The translations under genes and the position numbers were made by a program. From positions 62,001-126,000 of the forward strand of contig NIVC01001679.1 of the NCBI GenBank assembly GCA_002269645.1: DNA of 64,000 nt, given 5' to 3'. The DNA is from Macrostomum lignano (Eukaryota). Under the pieces are notes generated by a model, which was given only the letters and a program-made list of their open reading frames with translations, made no database searches and was not told the origin of the DNA. Positions 29,057 to 42,846 of this stretch are shown here, in pieces; positions within the stretch are counted from its first letter, which is position 1, and the number at the start of each line of letters is the position of its first letter.

Positions 29057-29914
29057 TCAATTGCCTGTCGCCTGCTCCATCGCTGGCGAAGACTTTGGCT
29101 CGGGGCTGGCGTCGCCAAATCCTGCTGCTCTCGCTGATGATGAGGCGGCGGCCGCAGCTGCCGACCTGCTGCTGCTGCTGTTGAATGCATTGAATAGCGA
29201 ATAATACAACGGGGGCGGCAGGAGCAGCTGATGGTGCGGAGGCGGCGGCGGCATCGGCAGTTTCGCCTGCTGTTGGCTGAAGAATGCGAACGGCGACGAT
29301 GGATGATTATTGAGCTGGCCGTGATGCTGGAACTGATGATGAAGATGCTGATGATGCTGATGATGAGGATGGAGAGACATCGGCGGCAACGGCAGCGGCG
29401 GCTGCGGCGGCGGAATCTGCAGAGGTCGGTTTTGCTGCGGCCTTGGCTCCGCTTTGTTGAGCGTGTCTACGATGGACCAGATCCTGGGCTTGGCGACCTT
29501 CGCCGCTAGACCATCCTCGCCGTTAGTTGCCGCCGCTGTCGCCGCCTTGTTTGTCGGCGTCGACTTTGTCGATATCTCGTCGATTGGTCGCTTGCGCTGA
29601 TTCGTCAAGCTCTCAGGATGCGCCGGAAGCCCAGTGGGCGAAGAACTATTATCTTCGACGTAGCCGTCTTGATCATCGCCGAGAGCTCCGCCGCCGGTCA
29701 CGTCGATAGCGACACCGTCTTCATCGTCAAAGTCTTCGTCGTCTTCGTCGATGCCTCTGGCGGCAGCAGCGGCGGCGGCAGCGGCAGCGGCGGCTGTCGA
29801 AGTCGCTTCCTCGTCGTCGTCCTCGTCGTCCTCGTCTGGCCGGTTGCGCGGCACCCAGGTCATCTTGTTCTCCTTCTTTAGCCGGCGTCTGGCGTTGGCG
29901 AACCACGTGGACAC
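29057..29914 (-). CDS. Irx: Iroquois homeobox gene exon 4 (helix 3, acidic region, IRO box)
   Basis: Acceptor CGCCAG|GTG; [20 protein letters not shown], acidic stretch, IRO box [11 protein letters not shown]; stop at 29057. Spliced product about 525 aa. Confidence 0.95.
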   Translation of the reverse strand: MSTWFANARRRLKKENKMTWVPRNRPDEDDEDDDEEATSTAAAAAAAAAAAARGIDEDDEDFDDEDGVAIDVTGGGALGDDQDGYVEDNSSSPTGLPAHPESLTNQRKRPIDEISTKSTPTNKAATAAATNGEDGLAAKVAKPRIWSIVDTLNKAEPRPQQNRPLQIPPPQPPLPLPPMSLHPHHQHHQHLHHQFQHHGQLNNHPSSPFAFFSQQQAKLPMPPPPPHHQLLLPPPLYYSLFNAFNSSSSRSAAAAAASSSARAAGFGDASPEPKSSPAMEQATGN

Positions 29915-30002
29915 CTGGCGAGGAGTAGGGGTCGCATTTTGATTAGTCTTTGATGGGGAGCGTGATGTCAACTTGACGACTTGTTTAACTTGATGTGGAG
30001 GA

Positions 30003-30510
30003 TAGGGGCGGATGAAGGGGAGGAGAGAGGGGCGGATGAAGGGGAAGAGAGGGGCGGATGAAGGGGAGGAGAGAGGGGCGGATGAAGGGGAGGAGAGAGG
30101 GGCGGATGAAGGGGAGAAGAGGGGCGGATGAAGAGGAAGCGAGGGGCGGAGAAGGGGAGGAGAGAGGGGCAGATGAAGGGGAGGAGAGAGGGGCAGATGA
30201 AGGGGAGGAGAGGGGCGGATGAAGAGGAAGCGAGGGGCGGAGAAGGGGAGGAGAGAGGGGCAGATGAAGGGGAGGAGAGAGGGGCAGATGAAGGGGAGGA
30301 GAGGGGCGGATGAAGGGGAGGAAAGAGGGGCAGATGAAGGGGAAGAGAGGGGCGGATGAAGAGGAAGCGAGGGGCGGAGAAGGGGAGGAGAGAGGGGCGG
30401 AGAAGGGGAGGAGGTGGGCGGATAAAGGGGAAGAGAGAGGGGCGGATGAAAGGGAAGAGAGGGGCGGATGAAGGGGAAGAGAGGGGCGGATGAAAGGGGT
30501 AGGAGAGGTG
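30003..30510. repeat. About 22-bp purine-rich minisatellite in Irx intron 3
   Basis: GAGGGGCGGATGAAGGGGAGGA. Confidence 0.9.
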
Positions 30511-30965
30511 AGCAGAGAAGTGGGAGGCGATGGATGAAGGGCAGATTGGGGGGGGGGGGGATTTGATGCGCAGTAAAATATGATTTTGTCGCTATACCAC
30601 GGGCTAAATTAGGGCAAGTGCTGCTGCTGATGCGGCTTCCCACTTGAAAATATATCGAATAAAATTGTCTGAGAAACTTTCCCTATACCAGTGTATAAAA
30701 TAATTTTTCAAAGTCGATTAACATTTTGAAATAGTTGCTATGCTTAGGGGAATAACGAGACAATAAACACAAGTTGATCGATAGCTAAATGACGGCGTAA
30801 TTAAGATGGCGCGCGAGCTGAGCGCGGTGAAAAATTCGCAATTTTTTGCTTCTGGCTTATTTTGTTTGTAAAGTAAACTGTATGAACTGCAGCCGGAGCC
30901 ACGCAGATGCGCAATTGCTCTTAGATAGGGTAATACAATAAGACACGCCCCCCTTAGCAACCAAC

Positions 30966-31312
30966 CTGCGTTAGCGTCATAGTTGTGATAATTGCCAGCA
31001 TAATCTTCTCTCCCTTAGTGGGATAGGGATTCTTCTTGTGCTCGTTTAGCCAGGCCTTCAGGATGCTGGTTGTCTCTCTGGTTGCATTCTTCCTGCGGGC
31101 GCTGAGATCGCCTCGATGATGATGGTGATGATGATGCTGCGGATGATGCGGATGCAGGGGATGCTGGCCGCCGAAGCCGAAGCCACCGCCGCCTCCAATG
31201 ACTGGAGGTGGGCCGCCGCCGCCGCCGCCGCCGCTGCCGTACATCGCAGCCAGCATTTGCGGGTCCAGATTGTAGTTGTAGGCCGCTTGTTGAAACTGCC
31301 GCCAGTTTTCGG
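30966..31312 (-). CDS. Irx: Iroquois homeobox gene exon 3 (homeodomain N-part)
   Basis: Acceptor TTATCCAG|CC; ...[44 protein letters not shown] is the diagnostic Irx TALE homeodomain; donor CAG|GTTGGT. Confidence 0.95.
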
Positions 31313-31419
31313 CTGGATAAATTAAATGTTTTTTTACTATAAAGATTGTAAACTTTCTAGGAATTCATGTGCATGCGCAATGGATTCTGAATTTACAGAA
31401 TATGTAATCGAATCTATAA

Positions 31420-31940
31420 ATAGTAGACTCTGAGATTGAATATTCTGTGATATATTCTCTACAGATGGTAGACTCTGAGATTGAATATTCTGTGATATAT
31501 TCTCTACAGATAGTAGACTTTGAGATTGAATATTCTGTAATCTACTCTCTACAGATGGTAGACTCTGAGATTGAATATTCTGTAATCTACTCTCTACAGA
31601 TGGTAGACTCTGAGATTGAATATTCTGTAATCTACTCTCTACAGATGGTAGACTCTGAGATTGAATATTCTGTAATCTACTCTCTACAGATGGTAGAATC
31701 TGAGATTGAATATTCTGTAATCTACTCTCTATAGATGGTAGAATCTGAGATTGAATATTCTGTAATCTACTCTCTACAGATAGTAGACTTTGAGATGAAT
31801 ATTCTGTAATCTACTCTCTACAGATAGTAGACTTTGAGATGAATATTCTGTAATCTACTCTCTACAGATGGTAGACTCTGAGATTGAATATTCTGTAATC
31901 TACTCTCTACAGATAGTAGACTCTGAGATTGAATATTCCA
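31420..31940. repeat. 45-bp minisatellite in Irx intron 2
   Basis: 15-aa periodicity VIYSLQMVDSEIEYS. Confidence 0.93.
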
Positions 31941-32009
31941 TACTCTGCATCCTACAGAATCCATCCGATAGATGTAGAATTTGATCAAACAAAAGTACAC
32001 TAAACTTAC

Positions 32010-32247
32010 CCAGCGATTCAGTTTGCGGATCCATAGGCAGCAGCGCTGGGTGACCATAGGCCCAGCTAGGTAGAGGTGCCAAAGGTGGCTGCTGCTGCTG
32101 TTGTTGTGATATCGGCGGTGGCGGCGGCTGCGGAGAAGAGGTTGGCACTGTTGGCAGGTTGGGCGGCGGTGGGGCAGCCATCTGGGCAGCGGCCGCCAGT
32201 TGAGCAGCGGCGGCGACCGCGGCTGCCGCAGCGGACGAAGGAATCGC
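32010..32247 (-). CDS. Irx: Iroquois homeobox gene exon 2 (Ala/Pro/Gln-rich)
   Basis: Acceptor GTGCAG|GCG; AIPSSAAAAA...WAYGHPALLPMDPQTESL; donor G|GTAAGT. Confidence 0.78.
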
Positions 32248-32332
32248 CTGCACATTGCGGATGCAGCGCTAATAAATGAATTCAACTGACGGAAAAGTAA
32301 AATGCAACACAAAAGAAGCGCCGCAAACTGAC

Positions 32333-32467
32333 CTGCATGTGGTGCTGGTTTAGAAAAGTCATCGGTAGAGACAGAGGCGATTGAGTCTTCTGACCACCGC
32401 CGGGACTTGTCGCCGCAGTCAGCTGACTAACTGCGTATCCGTGACTTGTTGTAGTCGATGTGGCCAT
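32333..32467 (-). CDS. Irx: Iroquois homeobox gene exon 1
   Basis: ATG at 32467, MATSTTTSHGY...NQHHMQ, donor CAG|GTCAGT; phase 0 fits exon 2. Confidence 0.7.
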
Positions 32468-34224
32468 TAAACAGTTTGAGAAGGGTTTAGATGGAGAATT
32501 TGTCCTGACAGGTTGTGAATTCTGGTCTGCTGACTCTGCTTGAGAATGATGGAGGTCTGTCTCTCTCGCGCAGTGGCGTCCGTCTGTCTGTGGGGCGGCC
32601 CCCGCTCAATTTAAGGCTCTATAATAGTCTGCCACTCCAGTTACCCCAACTCCCTCCCTCCCCACTCTCCACTCTCCTGTCAGCCACCCCCAGCTGTCTC
32701 TCAGCGGAGTTGAGGTTGCTGCACCCGTTTGGGGTTGGTTAGATTTTTAATTTTTGCTCTTCAATAGGAGGGTGGGACAGAGGCTTGGGGGGCAGGGCGC
32801 GGCGGTGCGGGTTGGTCGGGGGGTTTGGTTAGAGAAATTCTCTCTCAACGAAAATAACAGGCAACCAACGCTCGTATTTCCGGTTTAGTTTAGGCTCCCA
32901 AAACTGAGGGGTCTCCAGTCTGTCTGGGGGGTTGTCTCCCAACCACTCAAAGCTGGCCCCGCGCTATCCAACCCTCTACCCTCCTCTTACCATATAGTTC
33001 TTTTTCACCTTAATGCAATTCCTCTGCTTGCAAGAAGCAGAAACCGTTTTTGCAAATATGAGCCATGCACAGCACTTGCAAACCAACCCGGGCTCTGTCT
33101 TTCTCGCTCTCCCATTGGTTGCGACCTCTGGCCGAACAGCCAATGGCAAATGTTTTAGATTTTCAGTATCAACACTCAGAAGCTGATGATGTGCGTGTTG
33201 TGTGTGTGTTGCTGGTGTATAATTGTGTCTTTTATGCTGGTTAATGGCATGCTGGTTTGCAATGCGACCCCTTGTTTTTTTCCCTGCTGTCTTTTGTAAG
33301 TTTCCCGTGTCTTTTAATAGTTTTAGCAGAACTTTTGTTATATTACTTGAGCATATAGTCTAGGTGAGTGAACATCCGTCTGATAGAATACTCACAATTA
33401 TGAAGTATGAATAATAAATTAAGTAGAAGAGACTACAAAAAGGCGGGTATTCTGCGACCTGTCTTCCTCTGTCCTACTCTGGATGCAAGACAATAGAGCG
33501 CTTTATTGAAACTTGAATATCAACTCAAAAAGACAATCCTCAATTTATAGACAGAATCTCAAACGCCTTAAAAGTAACACTTAAGCACGAAACTTGAGTG
33601 GTTGACCTTCCCCTCATAGTTTATAATAAATGATCCCCGCACACCCCAGTTTTTCCTTTTTCCCTCCTATCCGGTCCATGCAAAGTGTTTTTATTTCTTC
33701 CTATCAAAGCTCCCGAAAAAATCCCAATTTAAGAAAAGGCAGAGGCAAGGGCTGTGAGAAAAACCTGATATTCAACTGAAATCTGTGCCCCTGTTTTATT
33801 GTTATAATATGCTAAACGAGTGTGAGTGTGTGCGGGCCAGACTGACGCAAGCGAACGAAGCATAGGAAAAGTATTGAGCACTAAACTTCGCACCAAGTTG
33901 GTATAATAAGAGAGAAACGGTCATGATGGAGCAAGCAGTTCTTTTACCCGACTCTATCATTTTTTATGGCTTAAGTGTCTTTCCACGCTTTTGAATAGTC
34001 GGGAGCTTCATCTTCATGGGCTTAATATTCAGAACCGCAATGCTCTAAGCATCGACATCTGTTGCTGTGTCTGTGTGTGCCTTTATAACTTGCTCTTTTT
34101 TCATGCAGTCTGCTCTTTCTAAGTTTCTTGTGCGCGCATATTTAGCTAATAATTTTATGCGCTTTGGGACACTTCTGACTTCTTTCTGCACAGTTAATTC
34201 ACCGTTTTGGTATAAAAAAGCTTA

Positions 34225-34742
34225 GAGTCTTCTGACAGATTCCTGATCAATCGCGCTTAGCGTCTTCTGACAGATACTTGAAATCTTGATCAATCGGGCT
34301 TAGAGTCTTCTGACAAATTCCTGATCAATTGGGCTTAGAGTCTTCTGACAGATTCCTGATCAATCGGGCTTAGAGTCTTCTGACAGATTCCTGAATCCTG
34401 ATCAATCGGGCTTAGAGTCTTCTGACAGATTCCTGAATCCTGATCAATCGGGCTTAGAGTCTTCTGACAGATTCCTGAATCCTGATCAATCGAGCTTAGA
34501 GTCTTCTGACAAATTCCTGATCAATCAGGCTTAGAGTCTTCTGACAGATTCTTGAAATCTTGATCAATCGGGCTTAGAGTCTTCTGACAGATTCCTGATC
34601 AATCGGGCTTAGAGTCTTCTGACAGATTCCTGATCAATCGGGCTTAGAGTCTTCTGACAGATACTTGAAATCTTGATCAATCGGACTTAGAGTCTTCTGA
34701 CAGATTCTTGGTCGTTGCGCTTAGAGTCTTCTGACGGATTCC
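34225..34742. repeat. About 35-43-bp minisatellite (GATCAATCGGGCTTAGAGTCTTCTGACAGATTCCT)
   Basis: Direct inspection. Confidence 0.9.
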
Positions 34743-36514
34743 TGCTCAAGCTCTCTTTGAGTTTTTTAAGGGACTGAAAGAGCAATCTTGATAATATTAT
34801 TTTAGTGGAAACAAAGGTTGTGATTTATAAATTATTCAAGCTTAAACCTTCCGACATCTCATGCTTTGGATTTCCCTAGCTAACAGGCTCATTTCTTGAC
34901 TTGAATAAATCTGTCACTGTTTCGTATGGTTTGCTTTAATTGGTTTGTCTCCATCCATCCGTATCTGAGCACAGTTGCTTTGCTCTTAGCGACTGGAACT
35001 GTTAAATAGCTAGTCAACTAGAAAAATAGATGCAGTTTGTAGAAGGAACTTGAATCCCTTCTGTCTATTGTCATAAATATAAAAGGCCCAACGCGAACGT
35101 GTGAAAGCAAGAAGGAGGAGTTGGAGACCGCTTTAGGTAATTAATATAAATCTTTGTGGGAGGATACCTGGGGGGTTGCTTCATTCGCCCGATTCTGTCA
35201 TTAATTCATTATCGACTTTGCCACATCTTCCCATGCGCGCGAAACAGCAATATTCCAGGGACCTTTTTATGTAAGATGGCGTTGGATTGGAAACTCGCAA
35301 TCTGGGCGTGCTTGTAGTAGGTAGCGTGTCCATTTTTTCGTATCCTGAATTTCGACCCCGGATGCCAGGCCAGATACCCGGGGAGGGGCCGTAGCCCATG
35401 CAGTGGTCCGGCGCGGCGCTCTGATGCGCCAGCGGCCCAGGCTCGATTCCAAGTGCAGTCGCATTAATTTGGGGCTGAATTGGAATCTCGGCTTGGCTCT
35501 GCTCGTGCAGTTAACGGCCTTAAGTGCCAACCCCCAAGGCGCAGTGAAGTGTACATGCCTAACGATAAATGAAGTTAGGGCCGCTGTACACTCCTGTGTG
35601 AGTGTGTGCTTGCGTACGTATCCGCGCGCTTGTATGCCTGCTCAGGGGAGTCGGGGGGAATGGACAGTAATGCCTCTCGCCGGTTGTGTGCCTATGTCGC
35701 TTAAAGTGCGCCAGGGTGCACATTTTCTGTAGTTCACATTTCCAATTTCATATTTCTTGGGATTCTATTCTGTTTCCTAAACGATTGTCAAATTTGATTA
35801 ATCTGTAAGCATGGAGTCTGCAGGTGGCTGCAAGTTCTGCGGGTCAGAGAGGCTCTGATTTTATTATTAGTCTTAGCAACAGGAAAGTCGATAATATCGG
35901 AAATATTCGGCTTGAAAATTGATTTCTACAGCCACCAGTCCAATTATGAACAGAAGTCCTTGAAGGCTTCAGCAACCGAACCGTGTGAATAAGTGTCTAT
36001 AGATAAAAAATCTAGATAAAAATACTGTTATTTTTTCTTAAATATTTTTGGAATTCCCCCCTCCTACGTATACGCTGAAAAGTTTCTCACGCTCTCTGCA
36101 AGTATAGAAATTAGACCAGATTTCATCAAAACTGATGCCTGCCGCCCAAAAGATACGTTCGAAATTTGGCTCGATTAAAAATGAAACACAAAGCAACCAC
36201 AATTTTGACAGTATTAAATATAACAATAAATAGTCTCTGACAATGATATTATAGACACTTGCGTGTTATGCCATAACACTTCAGAGAGGCTGGATTGATG
36301 CGGATTTTTTAATATTAGGTTTTGTCTGCGTGTTTGCAAACCGATGGATAGTGATAGTCTCTCTTATAAGCTGGTAATTTTGTTTTTTAAGTCCTGCGTC
36401 AGTCCAGATCTGCTGAGCCTATATTCCACTGATTAGTCCAGGGTTAGTGAGATCTGTACTGAGAAATGGGTTCATGAGGAGAGAGTTTAGGTAGAGAAGG
36501 AGAGAGTTTAGAAT

Positions 36515-38345
36515 AGAGACAGAGAGAGTTTGAGGTTGAGAAGGAGAGAGTTTGAGGTAGAGAAGGAGAGAGTTTGAGGTAGAGAAGGAGAGTTTGAGGT
36601 AGAGAAGGAGAGAGTTTGAGGTTGAGAAGGAGAGAGTTTGAGGTAGAGAAGGAGTTTGAGGTAGAGAAGGAGAGAGTTTGAGGTAGATGAGAGTTTGAGG
36701 TTGAGAAGGAGAGAGTTTGAGGTTGAGAAGGAGAGTTTGAGGTAGAGAAGGAGAGAGTTTGAGGTAGAGGAGAGAGTTTGAGGTAGAGAAGGAGAGAGTT
36801 TGAGGTAGAGAAGGAGAGAGTTTGAGGTTGAGAAGGAGAGAGTTTGAGGTAGAGAAGGAGAGAGTTTGAGGTTGAGAAGGAGAGAGTTTGAGGTAGAGAA
36901 GGAGTTTGAGGTAGAGAAGGAGAGAGTTTGAGGTAGATGAGAGTTTGAGGTTGAGAAGGAGAGAGTTTGAGGTTGAGAAGGAGAGTTTGAGGTAGAGAAG
37001 GAGAGAGTTTGAGGTAGAGGAGAGAGTTTGAGGTAGAGAAGGAGAGAGTTTGAGGTAGAGAAGGAGAGAGTTTGAGGTAGAGAAGGAGAGAGTTTGAGGT
37101 TGAGAAGGAGAGAGTTTGAGGTTGAGAAGGAGAGAGTTTGAGGTAGAGAAGGAGTTTGAGGTAGAGAAGGAGAGAGTTTGAGGTAGATGAGAGTTTGAGG
37201 TAGAGAAGGAGAGAGTTTGAGGTAGAGGAGAGAGTTTGAGGTAGAGAAGGAGAGAGTTTGAGGTTGAGAAGGAGAGAGTTTGAGGTAGAGAAGGAGTTTG
37301 AGGTAGAGAAGGAGAGAGTTTGAGGTAGATGAGAGTTTGAGGTTGAGAAGGAGAGAGTTTGAGGTTGAGAAGGAGAGTTTGAGGTAGAGAAGGAGAGAGT
37401 TTGAGGTAGAGGAGAGAGTTTGAGGTAGAGAAGGAGAGAGTTTGAGGTAGAGAAGGAGAGAGTTTGAGGTTGAGAAGGAGAGAGTTTGAGGTAGAGAAGG
37501 AGAGAGTTTGAGGTTGAGAAGGAGAGAGTTTGAGGTAGAGAAGGAGTTTGAGGTAGAGAAGGAGAGAGTTTGAGGTAGATGAGAGTTTGAGGTTGAGAAG
37601 GAGAGAGTTTGAGGTTGAGAAGGAGAGTTTGAGGTAGAGAAGGAGAGAGTTTGAGGTAGAGGAGAGAGTTTGAGGTAGAGAAGGAGAGAGTTTGAGGTAG
37701 AGAAGGAGAGAGTTTGAGGTAGAGAAGGAGAGAGTTTGAGGTTGAGAAGGAGAGAGTTTGAGGTTGAGAAGGAGAGAGTTTGAGGTAGAGAAGGAGAGAG
37801 TTTGAGGTTGAGAAGGAGAGAGTTTGAGGTAGAGAAGGAGAGAGTTTGAGGTAGAGAAGGAGAGAGTTTGAGGTAGAGAAGGAGAGAGTTTGAGGTTGAG
37901 AAGGAGAGAGTTTGAGGTAGAGAAGGAGAGAGTTTGAGGTTGAGAATGAGAGAGTTTGAGGTAGAGAAGGAGTTTGAGGTAGAGAAGGAGAGAGTTTGAG
38001 GTAGATGAGAGTTTGAGGTAGAGAAGGAGAGAGTTTGAGGTAGAGGAGAGAGTTTGAGGTAGAGAAGGAGAGAGTTTGAGGTAGAGAAGGAGAGAGTTTG
38101 AGGTTGAGAATGAGAGAGTTTGAGGTAGAGAAGGAGTTTGAGGTAGAGAAGGAGAGAGTTTGAGGTAGATGAGAGTTTGAGGTAGAGAAGGAGAGAGTTT
38201 GAGGTAGAGGAGAGAGTTTGAGGTAGAGAAGGAGAGAGTTTGAGGTAGAGAAGGAGAGAGTTTGAGGTTGAGAAGGAGAGAGTTTGAGGTAGAGAAGGAG
38301 AGAGTTTGAGGTTGAGAAGGAGAGAGTTTGAGGTAGAGAAGGAAA
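36515..38345. repeat. 22-bp purine-rich minisatellite (GAGAGTTTGAGGTAGAGAAGGA) with shortened variants
   Basis: Direct inspection. Confidence 0.95.
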
Positions 38346-38972
38346 GAGTGCAATCTACCCACACTATGGCAGAAGCCACTAACATTAACTGATAAGTGAC
38401 AATGGAATTCCTATACGTACTGGTTGGTTGGTGCTCACCAATACCTTTATATTCCTTGTTTCTTTGCTAAGCTGAGCAAACTTATTGGGCCTGCACAGGT
38501 GATAGAGGCAGAGAGGCAGACAACGAGAAGACCTGAGCTGGCCGTGTGCAAAAAGTGGTGCTACAACTTGTAAAAGCGAGCCCAGCGGGTGTTAGGGTAA
38601 ATCAAGTTAGCCAGTCAGTCATTGAAAGAGCTTTCTGCGTGTACCATCTAGTGCGCCAATTGGCGTTGGTAAACATTGTGAGCTTCTGGTCTGATAGAAG
38701 CAGAGCATTCTTCTTCTCTCAAAAGTTGAATTGAGTGAAAGACAAAGAGTGAGTGAGAGAGGTGAGTTTAGGGAAATTCAACTCTAAAAATTGTACGTTA
38801 CACAAATTTGCGCGCCGCACAGGCATTAAAAATGTGCCTTGTATGCGTAGCTTTGTATAGGTACTCAACAGAACCAACAAGTAGCTATGTTGTGCTGATT
38901 GTCTCAGCTGTGCTATTCTCAACAGTTAAAATCATTTGATTGGCTCAGCTTTCTATCTGCTGCTTTGATTGA

Positions 38973-39346
38973 AAACCCGAAATATCACAAACCCGAAATA
39001 TCATAAACCCGAAATATCATAAACCCGAAATATCACAAACCCGAAATATCATAAACCCGAAATATCACAAACCCGAAATATCATAACTCCGAAAGTTCTA
39101 GCAATGTCCAACACTAGTTTGGTTTTCGGAGTTATGATTTTTCGAGTTTATGATGGGCAATGCTATTTTGGTTTTCGGAGTTGTGATTTTTCGGGTTTAA
39201 GATGTGTGTTGCTATTAATTTCGGAGTTATGATATTTCGGAGTTATGCTATTTCGGAGTTTATGATATTTCGGGTTTATGATATTTCGGGTTTATGATGG
39301 GAAGTGCTTTCGGAGTTGTGATTTTTCGGGTTTATGATGGCGACCC
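38973..39346. repeat. Inverted pair of 16-bp sub-repeat arrays (AAACCCGAAATATCAT / ATGATATTTCGGGTTT), MITE-like
   Basis: Forward units 38973-39092, reverse-complement units 39124-39340. Confidence 0.75.
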
Positions 39347-40851
39347 CTACTCTACTCTACTCTGTGTAGAGTATTCCCTACCCGGTCTCACAACCAGCGT
39401 TGATGACAATTCTGCCCAATCCCGCTGACTCCTGAGAAGATACGAATACAAGCGCGCCAACACTGTGCTGTTATCACTGATCAGAAGCTTTGCAAGCTTA
39501 GAAATATCGATTTCTACACAGTGGTCACCTGTTTGTGAATAGCCAGACTCAGCTTCCATAGAAGTTGAGATCGGGTCGGGTGTTTTGCAATTGGGAAGTC
39601 AAACTTCTAAATCAGATCGGAAATCCCCTCTTCAGCTGGTCGCGGCTAGCATAATGGATACTGCTTTGAAAAGGAAAACTGAAAGAAAAAGTTAGTTGGC
39701 CAATTTCAAACCCAAGCCACTTTTATAATATAGAGCTGAAGTGACTTTATGAAGTGGCGGCAGTTGGAGAGATTTGCCTCCCAGGAAAATTCTTTCACAC
39801 CAGCCTCTCGTCATTGGTAACTGTTGTTGACCTGAAGTGAGTCGAGTTCTCAGGGTGGACAGCTTTCTTATAGGGGTGAGACCTGACTGGAGAGAGCCGT
39901 ACTGGTCTCAGAGGCAACAGGACCTTCAGAAGTGGTCAGGGATCGGCTCACGCTAAGGACCTCTGCATCATTTGGACAACCTGGATTGGAACTGCGGACC
40001 GCGCCAAAACACACACACGCGACTAACTAAATAAAGTTATAGAATTTTTAACATTTCAACAATCTTGAGGTCCTTGGCTTGGAGGCGTTTTATGAGTTGA
40101 GAAGGCAGGCGCAAAACTGAAACTGACGCAAAACTCTAAGTGTGTTCAATCACTCTCAGGTGCTGTATTAGTAATATATTTACTAGTTTGTGTAACAGTA
40201 TTCAGTTAGTATTGGTCTTTTGCCTTGAGCAGCCTGTTGCTCCACTCTTGCCCTGTCGTGTGGTCAGGCAAACTGAAGTTGGCCTCCTTGAAGATTGAAT
40301 TGTGCCTGCGGACATTCAGGCAGCAGCTATGCCAGCTTTGGAGAGCGAGTGGCTGAGTGGCTTTGCGGAGGAGAGAGTGAAGTTGGGAAGGGTTTAGGGT
40401 GTGAGGCAGGGGCACACACCACACACACACACCTTTGAAGTGTCCTGTGTGTATGGGGGGAGGGCGTTAATTCAGGGATCTCTAAACTGAACCGTTTTTT
40501 AATTAACCCCCGTCTCGCCTCGACTGCCCCCCCCCCAATATCCCATTCTTAACCGTTCATTCCTAAGCATTGAATAGCAAGCGCTCAAGTCGAGACCGGC
40601 AAGGATCAAGTCAGGAAGTTCGCCCCCCCCCCACCGAACCAGCCCTCCGCCTCAGTGACTGAGCTGGGGGGAAGAGGCCAGAATGGACAATCTAATATAG
40701 TTGGCAAAAAGAGTGATTTCCAAAACCCTTCACTTATAAGACTATAATTTCCTAACTTCCTACGGTGAGAAGGGCGTTGAAGTGCTGCTCTGTAGCTCAC
40801 TGCAACACCGATTCAGTAGAGGTAAACAAGTTTGAAAATTGTGGTTTCATC

Positions 40852-41440
40852 ATAATCACATTTCTTGATAATCACAATTCTTGAGAATCACATTTCTTGA
40901 TAATCACATTTCTTGAGAATCACATTTCTTGATAAACACATTTCTTGAGAATCGCATTTCTTGATAATCACATTTCTTGAGAATCACAATTCTTGAGAAT
41001 CACAATTCTTAATAGTCACATTTCTTGATAATTACATTTCTTGAGAATCACAATTCTTGAGAATCACATTTCTTGATAAACACATTTCTTGAGAATCACA
41101 ATTCTTGAGAATCACAATTCTTGATAATCACATTTCATGATAATCACATTTCTTGAGAATCACATTTCTTGAGAATCACATTTCTTGATAATCAAATTTC
41201 ATAATAATCACATTTCTTGAGAATCACATTTCTTGAGAATCACATTTCTTGATAGTCACATTTCTTGATAGTCACATTTCTTGATAGTCACATTTCTTGT
41301 TAGTCACATTTCTTGATAGTCACATTTCTTGATAGTCACATTTCTTGATAATCACATTTCTTGATTTTCACATTTCTTGATAGTCACATTTCTTGAGAGT
41401 CACATTTCTTGATAATCACATTTCTTGAGAATCACATTTC
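40852..41440. repeat. 16-bp minisatellite (ATCACATTTCTTGAGA)
   Basis: Direct inspection. Confidence 0.93.
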
Positions 41441-42444
41441 TAAAAGGTACCATGCTTCAGAGTCAAGTTTTCATGCTTAATTGGTCAGCAAACCTTTATT
41501 AATAAAAATTGTCTTGGCGCCACTGCAGCCCAGACTCCCGCCGACATCATCAGCATCAGCTGCTTGATTGACGCTTTACAATTGCTGATGTAGAAGTTTT
41601 TCTCCTTGAAGTTTTTTTGATTGTTATTGTTGGCATCGGGGCCTTCACTCATCTCTCTCTTCTCTCTCTCTGTGTCTCGGTCTTTAGTTAACATAACGGC
41701 AGATATTCAGCCCCAGTTTTCATTCAATCAGTGTTGTTGGGACACAGCTGAGAGTTAAGGTAAATTATTATGATTTCAGCATCTACCTAAGCAAGCAGAA
41801 CTTATGGCTGTATAAGTCTGAAAACAAACAGAAAGACGCAAAGAGAGGACACGGGCATCGGGTGACAGACAAGTTGTGTGTGGGAACTCTCTCTGTGTGT
41901 GTCTAATCTCTGTGATGGACAGAAGGCAGCAGACACAGGCCCTATTTGATCTGATGATCTCGTTTCGGGTTAACCCCCCCCGAGTTCGGGAATTGGAATG
42001 GCAAATTAAATCGCAAAGCTCCGTCTTTCACACTCTCCGCGGTGTGTTTAGCAACCTTTTTTATTTACTAAAGAGAATATCGCTATGTGTGTCCCCTATA
42101 GTATGAATCATAATCAATCCATAGGCTTGCAAATCTTATGTTTGCTTTTAGGGAGGTTTATATATCAGGTTGATACACCACTAGTAAGTGTGTTTAACAT
42201 ATGATTATTCAAATATATTGAGCTGGCATGGACAACTAATCAAAAAATTTATTATGCGAAAGAGATAGCTTTATTCTCTCATTAGTCAAAATAAAACATT
42301 ACTTACTCACATTTCTAATTGCACTACTTGCATTAGTAGCAATGGTAGGGTTTTTTAACTAGCTAAATGCATTGAAAGTAGGTAAAATTGTGTAGATTAT
42401 TTAAAACAGCGAAAAGATTACCGTAATGAGTGCCAAACCTTTAT

Positions 42445-42785
42445 TTATACTAGCATTGGCGCCAAATTTTATTCATGCTAGCATTGGCGCCAAATTTTAT
42501 GTAATTGGCGCCAAAATTTCTTCTTGCTAGCATTGGCGCCAAATTTTATGTAATTGGCGCCAAAATTTCTTCATGCTAGCATTGGCGCCAAATTTTATGT
42601 AATTGACGCCAAATTTTATTTAATTGGCGCCAAAATTTATTCATGCTAGAATTGGCGCCAAATGTTATGTAATTAGCGCCAAAATTTATATTCATACTAG
42701 AATTGGCGCCAAATTTTATGCAGTTGGCGCTAAAATTTTTTATTCATACTAGAATTGGCGCCAAATTTTATGTAATTGGCGCCGC
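42445..42785. repeat. Degenerate TTGGCGCCAAATTTT array
   Basis: Direct inspection. Confidence 0.85.
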
Positions 42786-42846
42786 ATTTCTGTGTAAACC
42801 TGCAAAATTATTTCAAAACTTCTCAATTCAAACCTCACCCGCCCAG

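Noticed and set aside
29915-30643. N-terminal 240 aa of the 528-aa ORF
   Set aside because: Read-through of Irx intron 3 and its repeat; the real exon starts at the acceptor at 29914.
29057-32467. Poly-Ala, -His, -Gln and -Pro tracts in Irx as a novelty
   Set aside because: Common in homeodomain transcription factors.
36419-38385. 647-aa and 625-aa Ser/Leu-rich ORFs
   Set aside because: Translations of the 22-bp purine array.
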